Positions 30,250 to 40,325 of a DNA stretch of 64,000 nt are shown piece by piece; position 1 is the stretch's first letter, and every line of letters starts with the position of its first letter. This DNA is from an uncultured delta proteobacterium (GTDB lineage Bacteria > Desulfobacterota > Binatia > Binatales > Binataceae): positions 38,628 through 102,627 of the forward strand of contig CAWCDG010000008.1 in the NCBI GenBank assembly GCA_963794325.1, written 5' to 3'. The notes beneath the pieces were generated by a model. That model was not told the DNA's origin. It made no database searches and saw only the letters and a list, made by a program, of their open reading frames with translations. Both the position numbers and the translations under genes were made by a program.

Positions 30250-31188
30250 ATGAAGATGCGTCGCGTCGGTGCAATCGTCGTTCTTTTCACGATGATTTCG
30301 ATTGGCTGCCGCAGCGCTGCTTTCGCTCAGAATGCCTCGGGAGCCTCCCCTGCCGGCGCCGCCGCGGTCGCGACCGATCCTGCCAAAGATGCGGCGTTGA
30401 AGACCTATCTACAGAAGCACTTCAAGATCCCGAGTCCCGACCTGATCAAGATGGGGCCTGCCTTCAAAACGCCCATCGACGGACTCCTTGCCCGCCAGCT
30501 CGTCGTCGGCAATGAACAGGGACAGAGCGTCTCGACCACCCTGTTCTTCAACCAAAATGAGAGCAAGGCAATCGTCGGCCAGTTTCTCGACACGAGCATC
30601 GACGCGTGGGGACGGGTCAACATGAGCACTGTGAACCTGGACGATCACCCGACCCAGGGACCTGCGGACGCGCCGGTTACGATCGTCGAGTTCGCCGACT
30701 TTGAATGTCCATTCTGCGCGCATGCGTTCAGCGTGATCGAGACGCTCGTCAACACGACCTACAAGGGCAAGGTCAAAGTGATTTTCAAAGCCTATCCGCT
30801 GAACGTGCATCCGTGGGCGATCAAAGCCGCGGCGGCTGCTGAATGCGCACGCTTGCAGAACCCGGCGGCCTTCTGGGATTTCGCGCGCTACTTCTACACC
30901 AACCAGGGATCGATCAACGTCAAAAATATTCAGGACAACGTCGACAAGGTCGCGAAGGCGCAGAAGCTCGACGGACCCGCGCTCAAGGCGTGCATGGACA
31001 GCGCGCAGACCGCGGCGCGCATCAAGCAGGATCAGACGGACGGAGATACGATTCATGTCTCGTCGACGCCGACCTTCTTCGTCAACGGAATTCCGGTCGT
31101 AGGATTGCCCGACGGCAAGGTTCTGGATTTCGTGATCAATTCGGAGCTCGCAGGAAAAGGTCCCTCCGCGTCTGCGACGAACGAATAA
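30250..31188 (+). CDS. DsbA-family thioredoxin-fold protein (exported)
   Basis: Signal peptide, GPADAPVTIVEFADFECPFC, cis-Pro loop STPTFFVNG; start 30250 or slightly later. Confidence 0.88.
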   Translation: MKMRRVGAIVVLFTMISIGCRSAAFAQNASGASPAGAAAVATDPAKDAALKTYLQKHFKIPSPDLIKMGPAFKTPIDGLLARQLVVGNEQGQSVSTTLFFNQNESKAIVGQFLDTSIDAWGRVNMSTVNLDDHPTQGPADAPVTIVEFADFECPFCAHAFSVIETLVNTTYKGKVKVIFKAYPLNVHPWAIKAAAAAECARLQNPAAFWDFARYFYTNQGSINVKNIQDNVDKVAKAQKLDGPALKACMDSAQTAARIKQDQTDGDTIHVSSTPTFFVNGIPVVGLPDGKVLDFVINSELAGKGPSASATNE

Positions 31189-31240
31189 GCGCTGGGCGCG
31201 GGCCGGCGCCCTCCCCTGACGCCGGCGGATTCTCCGATGC

Positions 31241-32044
31241 TCAGCGGTATTGACGTTGCGGCGTGCAGGAATGCGCGAACGCTGGTGGCTCTTCCTCGGG
31301 ATGCGCCCGGATGCCCTTCTGCAGCAGGCGAAGTGCCGTAGCCGGATCGTCGGCGAAACTGAACAGTTTGAGATCCTCGGGACTGATCGTGCCGTGCCGC
31401 ACCAGCGCGTCGAAGTTGATGATCTCTTTCCAGTATTGCGATCCGTAGAGCAACACCGTGATCGGTCGATCCAGCTTTCGCGTTTGCTCCAGCGTCAGTA
31501 TCTCCATCATTTCGTCGAGGGTGCCGAAGCCTCCGGGAAAGACCACCACCGCCCGAGCAAGATGCGCGAACCACAGCTTGCGCATGAAAAAATAGTGAAA
31601 CTGGAAAGACAGCCCGCGCGTGATGTACGGATTGGGCCGCTGCTCATGCGGCAATCCGATGTTCAACCCAATCGTCCTTCCGCCCGCCTCCGACGCGCCG
31701 CGATTCGCCGCCTCCATGATGCCGGAGCCACCGCCCGAGCAGACCACGTAGCGGTGACCGTCGGACCGAAGACCCTTCGACCAGCTCGTGATCAGTTTCG
31801 CCAGCTCGCGCGCATCCTCGTAGTAGCGCCCCAGCGGGCCGTCGGGAGTTATCCTCGCCGATCCGAAAAACACGATTGTCTCGTGTATCTGCATGCGGCA
31901 AAAAACCCGAAGCGGCTCGAGATATTCCGCAAGAATCCGGATTGGCCGCGCTTCTTCGCTATCGAGAAACTTCTCGTCCTTGTAAGCGAGCGATGGATTG
32001 GTCGGCGGTGGAGTTGTCGATGAGTCCGATTTGCGCAGCTTCAT
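31241..32044 (-). CDS. LOG family nucleotide phosphoribohydrolase (TIGR00730-like, long type)
   Basis: FFGSAR, SGGGSGIMEAANRGA, FFMRK, PGGFGTLDE. Confidence 0.9.
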   Translation of the reverse strand: MKLRKSDSSTTPPPTNPSLAYKDEKFLDSEEARPIRILAEYLEPLRVFCRMQIHETIVFFGSARITPDGPLGRYYEDARELAKLITSWSKGLRSDGHRYVVCSGGGSGIMEAANRGASEAGGRTIGLNIGLPHEQRPNPYITRGLSFQFHYFFMRKLWFAHLARAVVVFPGGFGTLDEMMEILTLEQTRKLDRPITVLLYGSQYWKEIINFDALVRHGTISPEDLKLFSFADDPATALRLLQKGIRAHPEEEPPAFAHSCTPQRQYR

Positions 32045-33537
32045 AATTTTCGGATCCCCGCGAAATCAACGAAGCCGCGCTCCACATCGGTACTTACCAG
32101 CTCGACCATGACGTGGTCTCCGACGTCAAAGCCCTTGTAGCGTCGCATAACTCTTCCCTCCGCCGCGGGATGGTCTATGCGCACCCAGGTCCCTTTCTCA
32201 GATGCTCCGGTCACGATCCCGTCGAACCGATCGCCGACCCGCGATTCGAGCAAAAGCGCGGCCGCAGACTTCCGCACCTGCCGCTCCACCTTACTCGCGT
32301 TGTCTTCCTGGTCGGTGCAGTGCCCAGCTAAATCGTTAAGCTCGTCGGAGCTGTACGGGCTTGGCGTTCCCGAAAGCGCAGCCTTCAACAACCGATGTGT
32401 GATCAGATCCGGGTAGCGCCGATTCGGCGCGGTCGAATGAGTATAGTCGTTCACCGCGAGTCCGAAGTGCCCGGCTACCGGCTGCCCGGGAAAATCGACC
32501 ACGTATTCGCCGCGCCCCAGCAGTTTGACCACTGACAGCGACAGGTCTGGAAAGTGCGTGGGATCAGCTTGTCGCCGCTCCTCGAGGAACTCCTGAAGCG
32601 CCCGGCAATCCGGACGCGGCGGAAGACGCCCGCCCTCGTCCTTCGCCAGCTCGACGATTCTCGCCCAGCGCTCGGGCGATCGCAGAACTCGGCGCAGCGC
32701 CGGAAAACCTTTCCGCTCGAGGTATCGCGCCGTCACCCCGTTCGCCCCGATCATGAAATCTTCGATCAGCTCTGTCGCGCGATTCTTTCGGTCTGCCTGC
32801 AGATCGCTCAGCGAATCGCCCTCGAACACCGGACGTGGCTCGATAGTCTCGAGCGACAACGCACCATTCTGATGCCGCCGCGCTTTCATCGCTTGCGCCA
32901 CGTGATCCTGTAATCGGAGATTATCGTCGAGGCCGGGAACCTTTGTTATGGGCGCGGGTGCGGGCGCAGTTCCATCCAGCCATGCCGCGACGCTGTTGTA
33001 CGCGAGCTTCGCGCGATTCACCACCACCGCCCGGTAGATGTCGGACCCGCCCACCGCCCCGTCAGCGCCAACTTCCATCTCGATCACGATAGCCAGCCGT
33101 TCTTTACCGTCGGCCAGCGACGTGAGGTCGGTCGAGAGTTTCTCCGGGAGCATCGGAAAAATTTCCGCAGCGGTATAAACCGAAGTGGTGTTGGTCTGCG
33201 CGTGGCCATCGATGGCCGAGCTTTTTTTTACGATCGCATCGACATCTGCAATCGCAACGAGAATCTTTACCCCGCCATCCGGCAGTTGCTCCGCAACCGA
33301 GAGCTGATCGAGGTCGAGCGAATCATCGTTATCGATCGACGCCCACAGGAGACCCCGAAGGTCTTTCAAAGATGGATCAGATGCGGCAGCTGCTTTTGTA
33401 ATAGAGCTGGTCTCCGCCACAACTTCGGCGGAGAAGTCCGGCAACAGCCCTCGTTGAAGCATCGCCCGTCGCGCGATGCTCTTGAGCTGGTTTCGACAGG
33501 GCGCAGTGGCTTGATTCATCGGCGCATCATAGCCCAC
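32041..33537 (-). CDS. RNB-domain 3'-5' exoribonuclease (RNase II/R family, lacking N-terminal CSDs)
   Basis: SIDNDDSLDLDQ catalytic Asp motif, LIEDFMIGAN, HFGLA..YTHSTAPNRRYPDL, C-terminal S1-like domain. Confidence 0.9.
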   Translation of the reverse strand: MGYDAPMNQATAPCRNQLKSIARRAMLQRGLLPDFSAEVVAETSSITKAAAASDPSLKDLRGLLWASIDNDDSLDLDQLSVAEQLPDGGVKILVAIADVDAIVKKSSAIDGHAQTNTTSVYTAAEIFPMLPEKLSTDLTSLADGKERLAIVIEMEVGADGAVGGSDIYRAVVVNRAKLAYNSVAAWLDGTAPAPAPITKVPGLDDNLRLQDHVAQAMKARRHQNGALSLETIEPRPVFEGDSLSDLQADRKNRATELIEDFMIGANGVTARYLERKGFPALRRVLRSPERWARIVELAKDEGGRLPPRPDCRALQEFLEERRQADPTHFPDLSLSVVKLLGRGEYVVDFPGQPVAGHFGLAVNDYTHSTAPNRRYPDLITHRLLKAALSGTPSPYSSDELNDLAGHCTDQEDNASKVERQVRKSAAALLLESRVGDRFDGIVTGASEKGTWVRIDHPAAEGRVMRRYKGFDVGDHVMVELVSTDVERGFVDFAGIRKL

Positions 33538-33568
33538 CGAACGCCCGAATAGTCAAAACTATGATTTG

Positions 33569-36211
33569 TCACGGACTGTTCTGAAAGGTGAACCCGAGCA
33601 CGCGATAGTTTTCCGTGTCGGTGATATAAACATCGCCGCTGGGATCAACTGTCACACCAACCGGCTGGCATAGTGTCATCGCTTTCACGGTGGAGTCATC
33701 GTTGCCATTGCAGGCGCCGGAAGTGAAACTGCCTTGCTGCCCGTATACCACGTCGGCGGTGGTATCGCCGGGACTGCCGGGTGTTCCCAGGGTTCCGCCA
33801 GTTGTGGCAGTGGGATTCAGGTATTCCAATACGCGATTAAGATCTACGGCGTACAAATTTTTCTGTGAGTCTACCCAGAGTTGTTCGGGCGCACACAGTT
33901 GGTCGGCGGTCGTGTCGCAATTGCTCAGCGTAAAGCTGCCACCGGCATCGAATGCACGATCCGCGGTAACGTCGCCGGCGCTGCCCGGGATTCCCGGGGT
34001 TCCCGGCGTCATCGAGAGAGGATTGTTGTACTCGAGGAGCCGACCGTTGGCAGAATCGGATACGTAAACATTGTTGTCGGAGGCGACCGCGACACCTTCC
34101 GGGAAGCAAAGGGAGTCCGCGCTGGGGTTCGGATTGGAGGGATTGTAGAGATTGCATTGGCGCGAGTCGAAGTGGGCACCGCTTGGACCCTGTCCAATGA
34201 CCAACTGCGCATTGAGCGGAATAATTTGCGTACCATGTGCCGGTCGGGTTTTGGCAGAGACGTTCAAACCGCTGACCAGCACGACCCGCGAATTGGAATA
34301 ATCCGCTATCCACAAGTTGCCGCCATGGTCGATTGCAATCTGCCTGGGTGAGCAGAGAGTATCGGCGCTTGGCTTGCGGCAATCGAACGCATCACTTTTG
34401 CCGTCGATGATAAACGTCGGGGAAGCGCCGACGCAGGGGAATTTTCCCGCGCATGCGTCAAAAGGATTTGCGAAGTTCATCACGCGGTTGTTGTCGGAAT
34501 CAGAGACGAACAGGTTTCCTGCGTCATCAACCGCGAGGCCCAGGGGCGAGCACATCAACGGCGAACTCCGGTTCGGTTTCGGGGTGTGCTTTTTCTTCAC
34601 GCAAGTTACGGCTGCGCTACATGGCGGAGGTCCAAGGAGATGACAGCTCGTCGAGTAGAAGTCGGGCTGTCCGAGTACAAGATCAGCCGGCTGGCCGTTG
34701 ACGAATCCTTGGGCGCTCGCCCAGCCCAGCACTCGACTTTGATCGGCGACGTACAGATGCCCGCCGGGGTCAGCGACGGTCGCGGACGGGTAGGAAAAGC
34801 TTCGGCGGCCGGGAAAGTTCGCGTCGCCATGAGAAAAATCGATCTGCCCAAGTTCGCGGGTGGCAACGCTCGAGACTAGCGGAGTGTCATAACTGAGGAG
34901 CCGGTTATGACCCCAATCAGGCACGAATAATCGCCCTGCTCCGTCCACTGCGGGGAGCAACGCGGTGCACAGAGAATCGGCAGTGGGAAGTCCGCAATTG
35001 TACGAGCTGAAGGTTTTCTGGCCATAGACGCGCCGCGCAATCTGCGGACCACTCAAACCAGGACGATCGAACTCGACTACGCGGTTCGCATCCGAGATGT
35101 ACACGTTACCGATCGAATCGACTGCGACCCCTTGCGGTTCGCACATCACGCTCGCGCTTTCGCGCCGCTTTTTTGTACATTGCGCCGCCGAGGAGAAGCC
35201 GTTTTGACCGATCACCAGGTCAGCGACCGTATCACCGGCGCCAGGCTCACCGCTGTTGGGATTCAGCGGCGTGTCGTACTTGAGAACCCTCGCGTTATAC
35301 ACGTCCGCGACGAACAGATCGCCCACCGAATCCACCGCAAGTCCGCCGATCCATGAATCCGGGATGCACAGACTCGACGCCGTAGTGGGCTGCGGAGTCG
35401 TCGTGCAGGGCATGAAGCGAGTGAAGCTGTCTTTCTGACCAAAGACCAGATCGGCGGTGGTATCGCCCGCGGAACCGGGAACGCCGGGAGTACCTCCGCC
35501 CGGGGCTTTCGGGTTCAGATACAACAGAACCCGGTTGTAGCCGGAATCAGTGACGAACAGGTTCCCCTGAGCATCGAAGGCCACCCCGGTAGGGTCGCAA
35601 AGGTTGTCGGGACTTGGCGTCGGCTGCCCTATCATGCATCCCGAGGAGTTGTTAACCGAACTTGTGCTCCCGAAGGTGATGCTCGCAGGCTCTCCCGCGG
35701 TGTATCCGCTGGCGAATGGCGCGTCGTATTCCACCACGCGGTTATCGCCGTAATCGCTGACGTAAAGATTGCCCTGGGGATCGGTTGCCGCCGCGATCGG
35801 CTGGTTCAACGAACTCGGCGTGACAGTAGGATATCCCGATCGATCGCTGTAGAAATCCGGCTGGCCAATCACCAGGTTCGCGCTGGCGCCATTTACAAAC
35901 GAGGCGGCGCTGCTGAAGCCAAGAACCCGATTGTTCCCTTGGTCAACCACGTAGAGATTCCCGTGACTGTCCACTGCCGCGCCTGACGGACCATCGAGCG
36001 CGCTGGGGCCGCCGAAATTCAAGGTGTTTTGGGTCAGACCTATCTGTCCGAGGACTCGATCCGCAGTTTGATCGGAGGTCGACGCGAATGCGGTTGTAAG
36101 AGTCGCCACCGTGATTATGATCACGGCGAATCGCGCGATTGAGCTGTTCACGGAAAGCACCCCCAGGACGCACTTATCACCGGCCCGGTCGGCTACGATA
36201 CTCCTGTTCAC
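33569..36211 (-). CDS. Secreted Cys-rich NHL-repeat (beta-propeller) protein
   Basis: Repeated P.G.A.D..G.L.V.D..N.RV and AD.V.GQ units; N-terminal signal-like segment; start uncertain. Confidence 0.85.
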   Translation of the reverse strand: MNRSIVADRAGDKCVLGVLSVNSSIARFAVIIITVATLTTAFASTSDQTADRVLGQIGLTQNTLNFGGPSALDGPSGAAVDSHGNLYVVDQGNNRVLGFSSAASFVNGASANLVIGQPDFYSDRSGYPTVTPSSLNQPIAAATDPQGNLYVSDYGDNRVVEYDAPFASGYTAGEPASITFGSTSSVNNSSGCMIGQPTPSPDNLCDPTGVAFDAQGNLFVTDSGYNRVLLYLNPKAPGGGTPGVPGSAGDTTADLVFGQKDSFTRFMPCTTTPQPTTASSLCIPDSWIGGLAVDSVGDLFVADVYNARVLKYDTPLNPNSGEPGAGDTVADLVIGQNGFSSAAQCTKKRRESASVMCEPQGVAVDSIGNVYISDANRVVEFDRPGLSGPQIARRVYGQKTFSSYNCGLPTADSLCTALLPAVDGAGRLFVPDWGHNRLLSYDTPLVSSVATRELGQIDFSHGDANFPGRRSFSYPSATVADPGGHLYVADQSRVLGWASAQGFVNGQPADLVLGQPDFYSTSCHLLGPPPCSAAVTCVKKKHTPKPNRSSPLMCSPLGLAVDDAGNLFVSDSDNNRVMNFANPFDACAGKFPCVGASPTFIIDGKSDAFDCRKPSADTLCSPRQIAIDHGGNLWIADYSNSRVVLVSGLNVSAKTRPAHGTQIIPLNAQLVIGQGPSGAHFDSRQCNLYNPSNPNPSADSLCFPEGVAVASDNNVYVSDSANGRLLEYNNPLSMTPGTPGIPGSAGDVTADRAFDAGGSFTLSNCDTTADQLCAPEQLWVDSQKNLYAVDLNRVLEYLNPTATTGGTLGTPGSPGDTTADVVYGQQGSFTSGACNGNDDSTVKAMTLCQPVGVTVDPSGDVYITDTENYRVLGFTFQNSP

Positions 36212-36330
36212 CGCTCGTCAACAGCGGGCAGCGCCACTGTGACTCCGGCCGTCGGACTGGCCGACAGCAAGATGATGGATTTTGTGGTGGATTCCCAGCC
36301 AGCGAAAACAATCGCTGTCGGCTTGATCTA

Positions 36331-37065
36331 CTAATGAATCAGAACTTGCTGCGGGCTGGCGCCCGGAGCCGACGGCGGCGCGATTTCGGCGGGTGCCCCG
36401 AGCAGCGCCAGCGATTCCATTACGTCCTGCCGCTGCTGTGCAAACGGATGGGCGTTGAGGAACGCGCGGTACGCCGCGATCGCGCCCTGCTTGTCGCCCG
36501 CCTTCGCGAGCATCCGCGCCACCCCGAGCTCCGCCCTCACCTGCTCCGGCCCCGGATCGGCGGCTGCCTGCTGATAAGCGCCGGCCGCTTTTTTCCAGTC
36601 CGCCATCCGCTCGTAAACCACCGCGAGGTTGGTCAGCGCGAGACTGCGGAACATCGGATCGCGCTCCTCAGCGAGAAACGCGACCAGCGCATCGCGCGCG
36701 TTCGGAAGATCGCCGTCGGCGAGATATGCGTTCGCCAGGTAGAAGCGCGAGAGACGGCCGAGCCGGCGCCCCGGCTCTTGATCGGCGAGCTGCTTGAACT
36801 TTGTCTCGGCGTCTTTGTTCTGGCCGGCATTGAGCGCGGTGATCGCATCGTAGAATTGCCCTGATGCGAGCGTGTCGCGATGGCGTTCATAGTAGTACAC
36901 GCCAATCACGATCGCGCCGACCGCGACGACGACCGCGGCCGAGACAATCACCTGGGTGAGGTTGTTGACGAAAAAGTCGCGCGCGCTATCGATCAGCGTC
37001 GTGAACTCGTCCGGCGCGCGGAGTTCTTTTTGAGTTAGTTTACGGCGATGGGTAGTCGGCGGCAT
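36331..37065 (-). CDS. Membrane-anchored TPR protein (YfgM-like)
   Basis: KELRAPDEF motif, single N-terminal TM helix, TPR-like helices. Confidence 0.75.
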   Translation of the reverse strand: MPPTTHRRKLTQKELRAPDEFTTLIDSARDFFVNNLTQVIVSAAVVVAVGAIVIGVYYYERHRDTLASGQFYDAITALNAGQNKDAETKFKQLADQEPGRRLGRLSRFYLANAYLADGDLPNARDALVAFLAEERDPMFRSLALTNLAVVYERMADWKKAAGAYQQAAADPGPEQVRAELGVARMLAKAGDKQGAIAAYRAFLNAHPFAQQRQDVMESLALLGAPAEIAPPSAPGASPQQVLIH

Positions 37066-37124
37066 CGAATGCTCCAGCGGGCGCCGCCCGGCAGAGGACC
37101 AGAGGAGTTAGCGCGCACGCGCAG

Positions 37125-37658
37125 TTACATCTTGTATTTGAAATCCTCGGGCGACATCCGCTCGAGGATCTCGGACCATTTGTCGCGCGAGACGCCGGCG
37201 AGGTTCTGATCGGAAGTCTGCGGTTCGCCCTGGGATTCGTGGAGCTCGCTGGAGGCCTCGAGCACTTTCTTGGCGACATAAATCGGCGACTTGGTGCGCA
37301 GCGCCAGCGCGATCGCGTCGCTCGGCCGCGAATCAATTTCGAGCGCCTTGCCGTCGCGGGTCTTCACCTGGATTCGCGCGAAGTACGTGTTCTCGCGCAG
37401 CTCGGTAATTTCCGCGGACTCGACCACCGCGCCGAACTCGGTCATCAGGTTGCGCAGCAGGTCGTGAGTCATCGGGCGCTGCGGCTTGATCCCTTCCAGC
37501 TCGGTCGCCATCGCAGTCGCCTCGAGCGGACCGATCCAGATGTGCAGATTGAGTTTGTTGTCGGGATCTTTCAGAACGACAATCGGCATCTTGGTCGAGG
37601 GATCGAGCGTGATCCCGCCGACAATCATCAAGATAAAATCTTCCCTGTGACCAGCCAT
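37125..37658 (-). CDS. Bifunctional nuclease family protein (DUF151)
   Basis: IWIGPLEA, RPMTHDL, IDSRPSDAIALALR, C-terminal FKYKM; start at ATG 37658. Confidence 0.9.
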   Translation of the reverse strand: MAGHREDFILMIVGGITLDPSTKMPIVVLKDPDNKLNLHIWIGPLEATAMATELEGIKPQRPMTHDLLRNLMTEFGAVVESAEITELRENTYFARIQVKTRDGKALEIDSRPSDAIALALRTKSPIYVAKKVLEASSELHESQGEPQTSDQNLAGVSRDKWSEILERMSPEDFKYKM

Positions 37659-37798
37659 AAACGGGCTCTTCAATCTTTTTTCTTCAAGCGCGCGCGGATT
37701 CGAGTGGAATTTCCGCTCATCACCCGGAGAAATTATCTTGGCCCAAACTCGCCGTGTGGTCAACCGAACAAGCTGCGCAACCGCCAGAATCCAGTCTG

Positions 37799-39211
37799 TC
37801 AGCTTGCGACCAGGCGATCGACCACGCGGTAAAGCTGGTTGAGATTGCGGCACTCTTCCACCAGATCGCAGTGCGGGGCGTAGCGATCCATCTCGCTGTC
37901 GCCGAAGCCCCACGTGTTGCGGCTTTCAGGATTAAGCCAGATCACTCTTTTCGCGCGCTGGCGGATTTCACGCAAGCACCAATCATGCGGAAGGTTGTAG
38001 TTGTTGCGCGCGTCGCCAAGCACGATCACAGTAGTGCGCTTGTTGACCGCGCCAAGATGATCGGTGACGAAATTGCGGAACGCGTAGCCGAAATTCGAAT
38101 GGGCATACACGTTGATGATATCGCCCTTGAGCGCGACGTCGAGAGCTTCCTTGGCGTCGTTGTTGCGAAAGCATTCGGTCACTTCGCCGATGTCGGCGAC
38201 GAAAATAAAACTGCGCACGCGCGAGTAGAGATCCTGCAATGAGTACACGAACTGCAGCATGAACCGCGACGCGTTGCGGACGGAATCGGAAACATCGCAC
38301 AGGATGACGACCTGCGGCTTCTCCCGCTTGCGCTTCTCGAATCGCAGCTTGAACGGCACCCCGCCGTACGCGAGGTTCTGGCGCAGCGTGCGCTTGATAT
38401 CGAAGCGTCCCTTCTTGGCGCGCTTGCGCCGCACCGTGATTACGTTCTTCAAGCGCTGCGCGAGGCGCGTCACCGCCTCATTCATTTTTTTCAGTTCTTC
38501 TTCAGTCAGGTAATAGAAACTCTTCTCGCCGATTTGATTGAGCCGCTGATCTTCCTTCTGCTTGATGTCGCGCTTCTCGCGCTCCATCCGGACGTAGCGC
38601 CGGATAATATCGTCGAGCGCCTTGAGCCGCCGCTCGAGGTACTCTTCCATCTTGGCTTTCAGTTCCGATCCGATATCCATCTTCTCGAGCTGCTCGCGTA
38701 GCTCCTTGATCTCGGCTTCGATCTTGTCGAGCCCGAGCTGGCGCGCGAGCGCGCGCGCGAAATAATTCTCCTCGATAGTGCGCTCGATGCCCTGGAGCTT
38801 GACGGCGCGCGAGGCCTCGCGGATTTTCCGCTCCATCTCGCCCGAGTTGTTTTGCAAAAGCTGCTTGGCGAGCTCCGAAAGATTCTTGCCCTCTTTTTTG
38901 AGCATCTTCTCGACTTCGTCCAGGAACTTTTGAAATTCCTGATCGGACATCGAGAGCGCGTTCTGGACGGCCTGGCTCGCCTGCTTGATGATCTCGCCCA
39001 AGCCGGAGAAGTAGATATCGAACAGTTCTTCGAAGACGGGCAATTCGCTGGCCCGCTTGACCATCGTGGCCCGCAGCGCAGCGCGGAACGCGTCGCGCTC
39101 GTTGAGTCCTGTGACTTCCGACGCGCTGAAGGCGTCGAGCGTCTCCGCCAGCGAGACGCGCACGCCGTTCTCGCGCAGCAGATTCGCAAATTCTACGAGC
39201 TTTTCTTGCAT
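37799..39211 (-). CDS. CoxE-like VWA domain protein
   Basis: FANLLRENGVRVS N-terminus, MIDAS-like CDVSDS, LGDARNN, WLNPE, ECRNL. Confidence 0.88.
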   Translation of the reverse strand: MQEKLVEFANLLRENGVRVSLAETLDAFSASEVTGLNERDAFRAALRATMVKRASELPVFEELFDIYFSGLGEIIKQASQAVQNALSMSDQEFQKFLDEVEKMLKKEGKNLSELAKQLLQNNSGEMERKIREASRAVKLQGIERTIEENYFARALARQLGLDKIEAEIKELREQLEKMDIGSELKAKMEEYLERRLKALDDIIRRYVRMEREKRDIKQKEDQRLNQIGEKSFYYLTEEELKKMNEAVTRLAQRLKNVITVRRKRAKKGRFDIKRTLRQNLAYGGVPFKLRFEKRKREKPQVVILCDVSDSVRNASRFMLQFVYSLQDLYSRVRSFIFVADIGEVTECFRNNDAKEALDVALKGDIINVYAHSNFGYAFRNFVTDHLGAVNKRTTVIVLGDARNNYNLPHDWCLREIRQRAKRVIWLNPESRNTWGFGDSEMDRYAPHCDLVEECRNLNQLYRVVDRLVAS

Positions 39212-39262
39212 GATGCGGTCGCGCCCTGCCCTATTCTACCAAACGCCCGAACTGGCGCATCG

Positions 39263-40222
39263 TCAATTGAGAAGATCCTTGTCGCTGCCGGCTTCCGTGC
39301 CGCGACGCGCGCGCACGCGGCGCACGTAATCCTTCAGTTCTTCCTGCGCCTTGCGCACGTCGCCTTCGTACTTGACGATCGTGTCGAGCGTCTCCGTGAC
39401 GAGTTCCTGGTCGAGGCTGTTCACGTTGAGCAGCGTCAGCGCCTTGACCCAATCGAGCGTCTCGCTGATGCCCGGCGTTTTCTTGAGATCCAGCTTGCGC
39501 AATGATTGCACGACGGTGACGACTTCCTCGGCGAGCTTGATTGCGGCCTCGGGCACCTTGAGCTTGACGATCGCGAGTTCCTGCGCGCGATCGGGAAAAT
39601 CGATGTATAGATGCAAGCATCGACGCTTCAGCGCGTCGGACATTTCTCGCGCGTTGTTCGAGGTCAGCACGACCAGCGGAATGTGCTTGGCCTTGAGCGT
39701 TCCCAACTCAGGCACCGTCACCTGGAAGTCGGAGAGCAGCTCCAGTAGAAACGCTTCGAACTCGGCGTCGGCTTTGTCGATCTCGTCGATCAAAAGGACC
39801 GACGGCTGTTCGCTCGAAATCGCCTTTAGCAACGGGCGCGGCAGCACGAAGCGCTCGGAGAAAAATACTTCGTCCTGCGCCGCGATTCGATCGACCGCCT
39901 CGGTCAGGCCCTTCGCTCCGACCAGCACCTCGCTGATTTTGTCCTTGAGAATTTGCGTATAGAGGAGCTGCTTGGCGTACTCCCATTCGTAGAGCGCCTT
40001 GCCCTCGTCGAGGCCCTCGTAACACTGGAGGCGGATCATGTCGAAGCCGAGCGACGTGGACAGCACCTTGGCCAAGTCGGTCTTGCCGACGCCGGCCGGC
40101 CCTTCGACCAGGATCGGCTTGCGCATCTCGCTCGCCAGGTAGATGACGGTCGCGATTCGCCGGCTGGCGATATAATTGTTCTTGGCGAATCGCTCGATTA
40201 CGTCGTCGATCGATGAAAACAT
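39263..40222 (-). CDS. MoxR-family AAA+ ATPase (CoxD-like)
   Basis: EGPAGVGKT, RLQCYEGLD..ALYEWEY, LIDEIDK, SDALKRRC; start at ATG 40222. Confidence 0.92.
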   Translation of the reverse strand: MFSSIDDVIERFAKNNYIASRRIATVIYLASEMRKPILVEGPAGVGKTDLAKVLSTSLGFDMIRLQCYEGLDEGKALYEWEYAKQLLYTQILKDKISEVLVGAKGLTEAVDRIAAQDEVFFSERFVLPRPLLKAISSEQPSVLLIDEIDKADAEFEAFLLELLSDFQVTVPELGTLKAKHIPLVVLTSNNAREMSDALKRRCLHLYIDFPDRAQELAIVKLKVPEAAIKLAEEVVTVVQSLRKLDLKKTPGISETLDWVKALTLLNVNSLDQELVTETLDTIVKYEGDVRKAQEELKDYVRRVRARRGTEAGSDKDLLN

Positions 40223-40325
40223 CAATACTCCTCTGCTGCGGAACCGAAGGGGCAAGCCCCGCGCGGAATAGATTAAATAACATGCGGAGTTGAGGCGAGG
40301 AAACCCACCTTAACGGTCGGTATGT

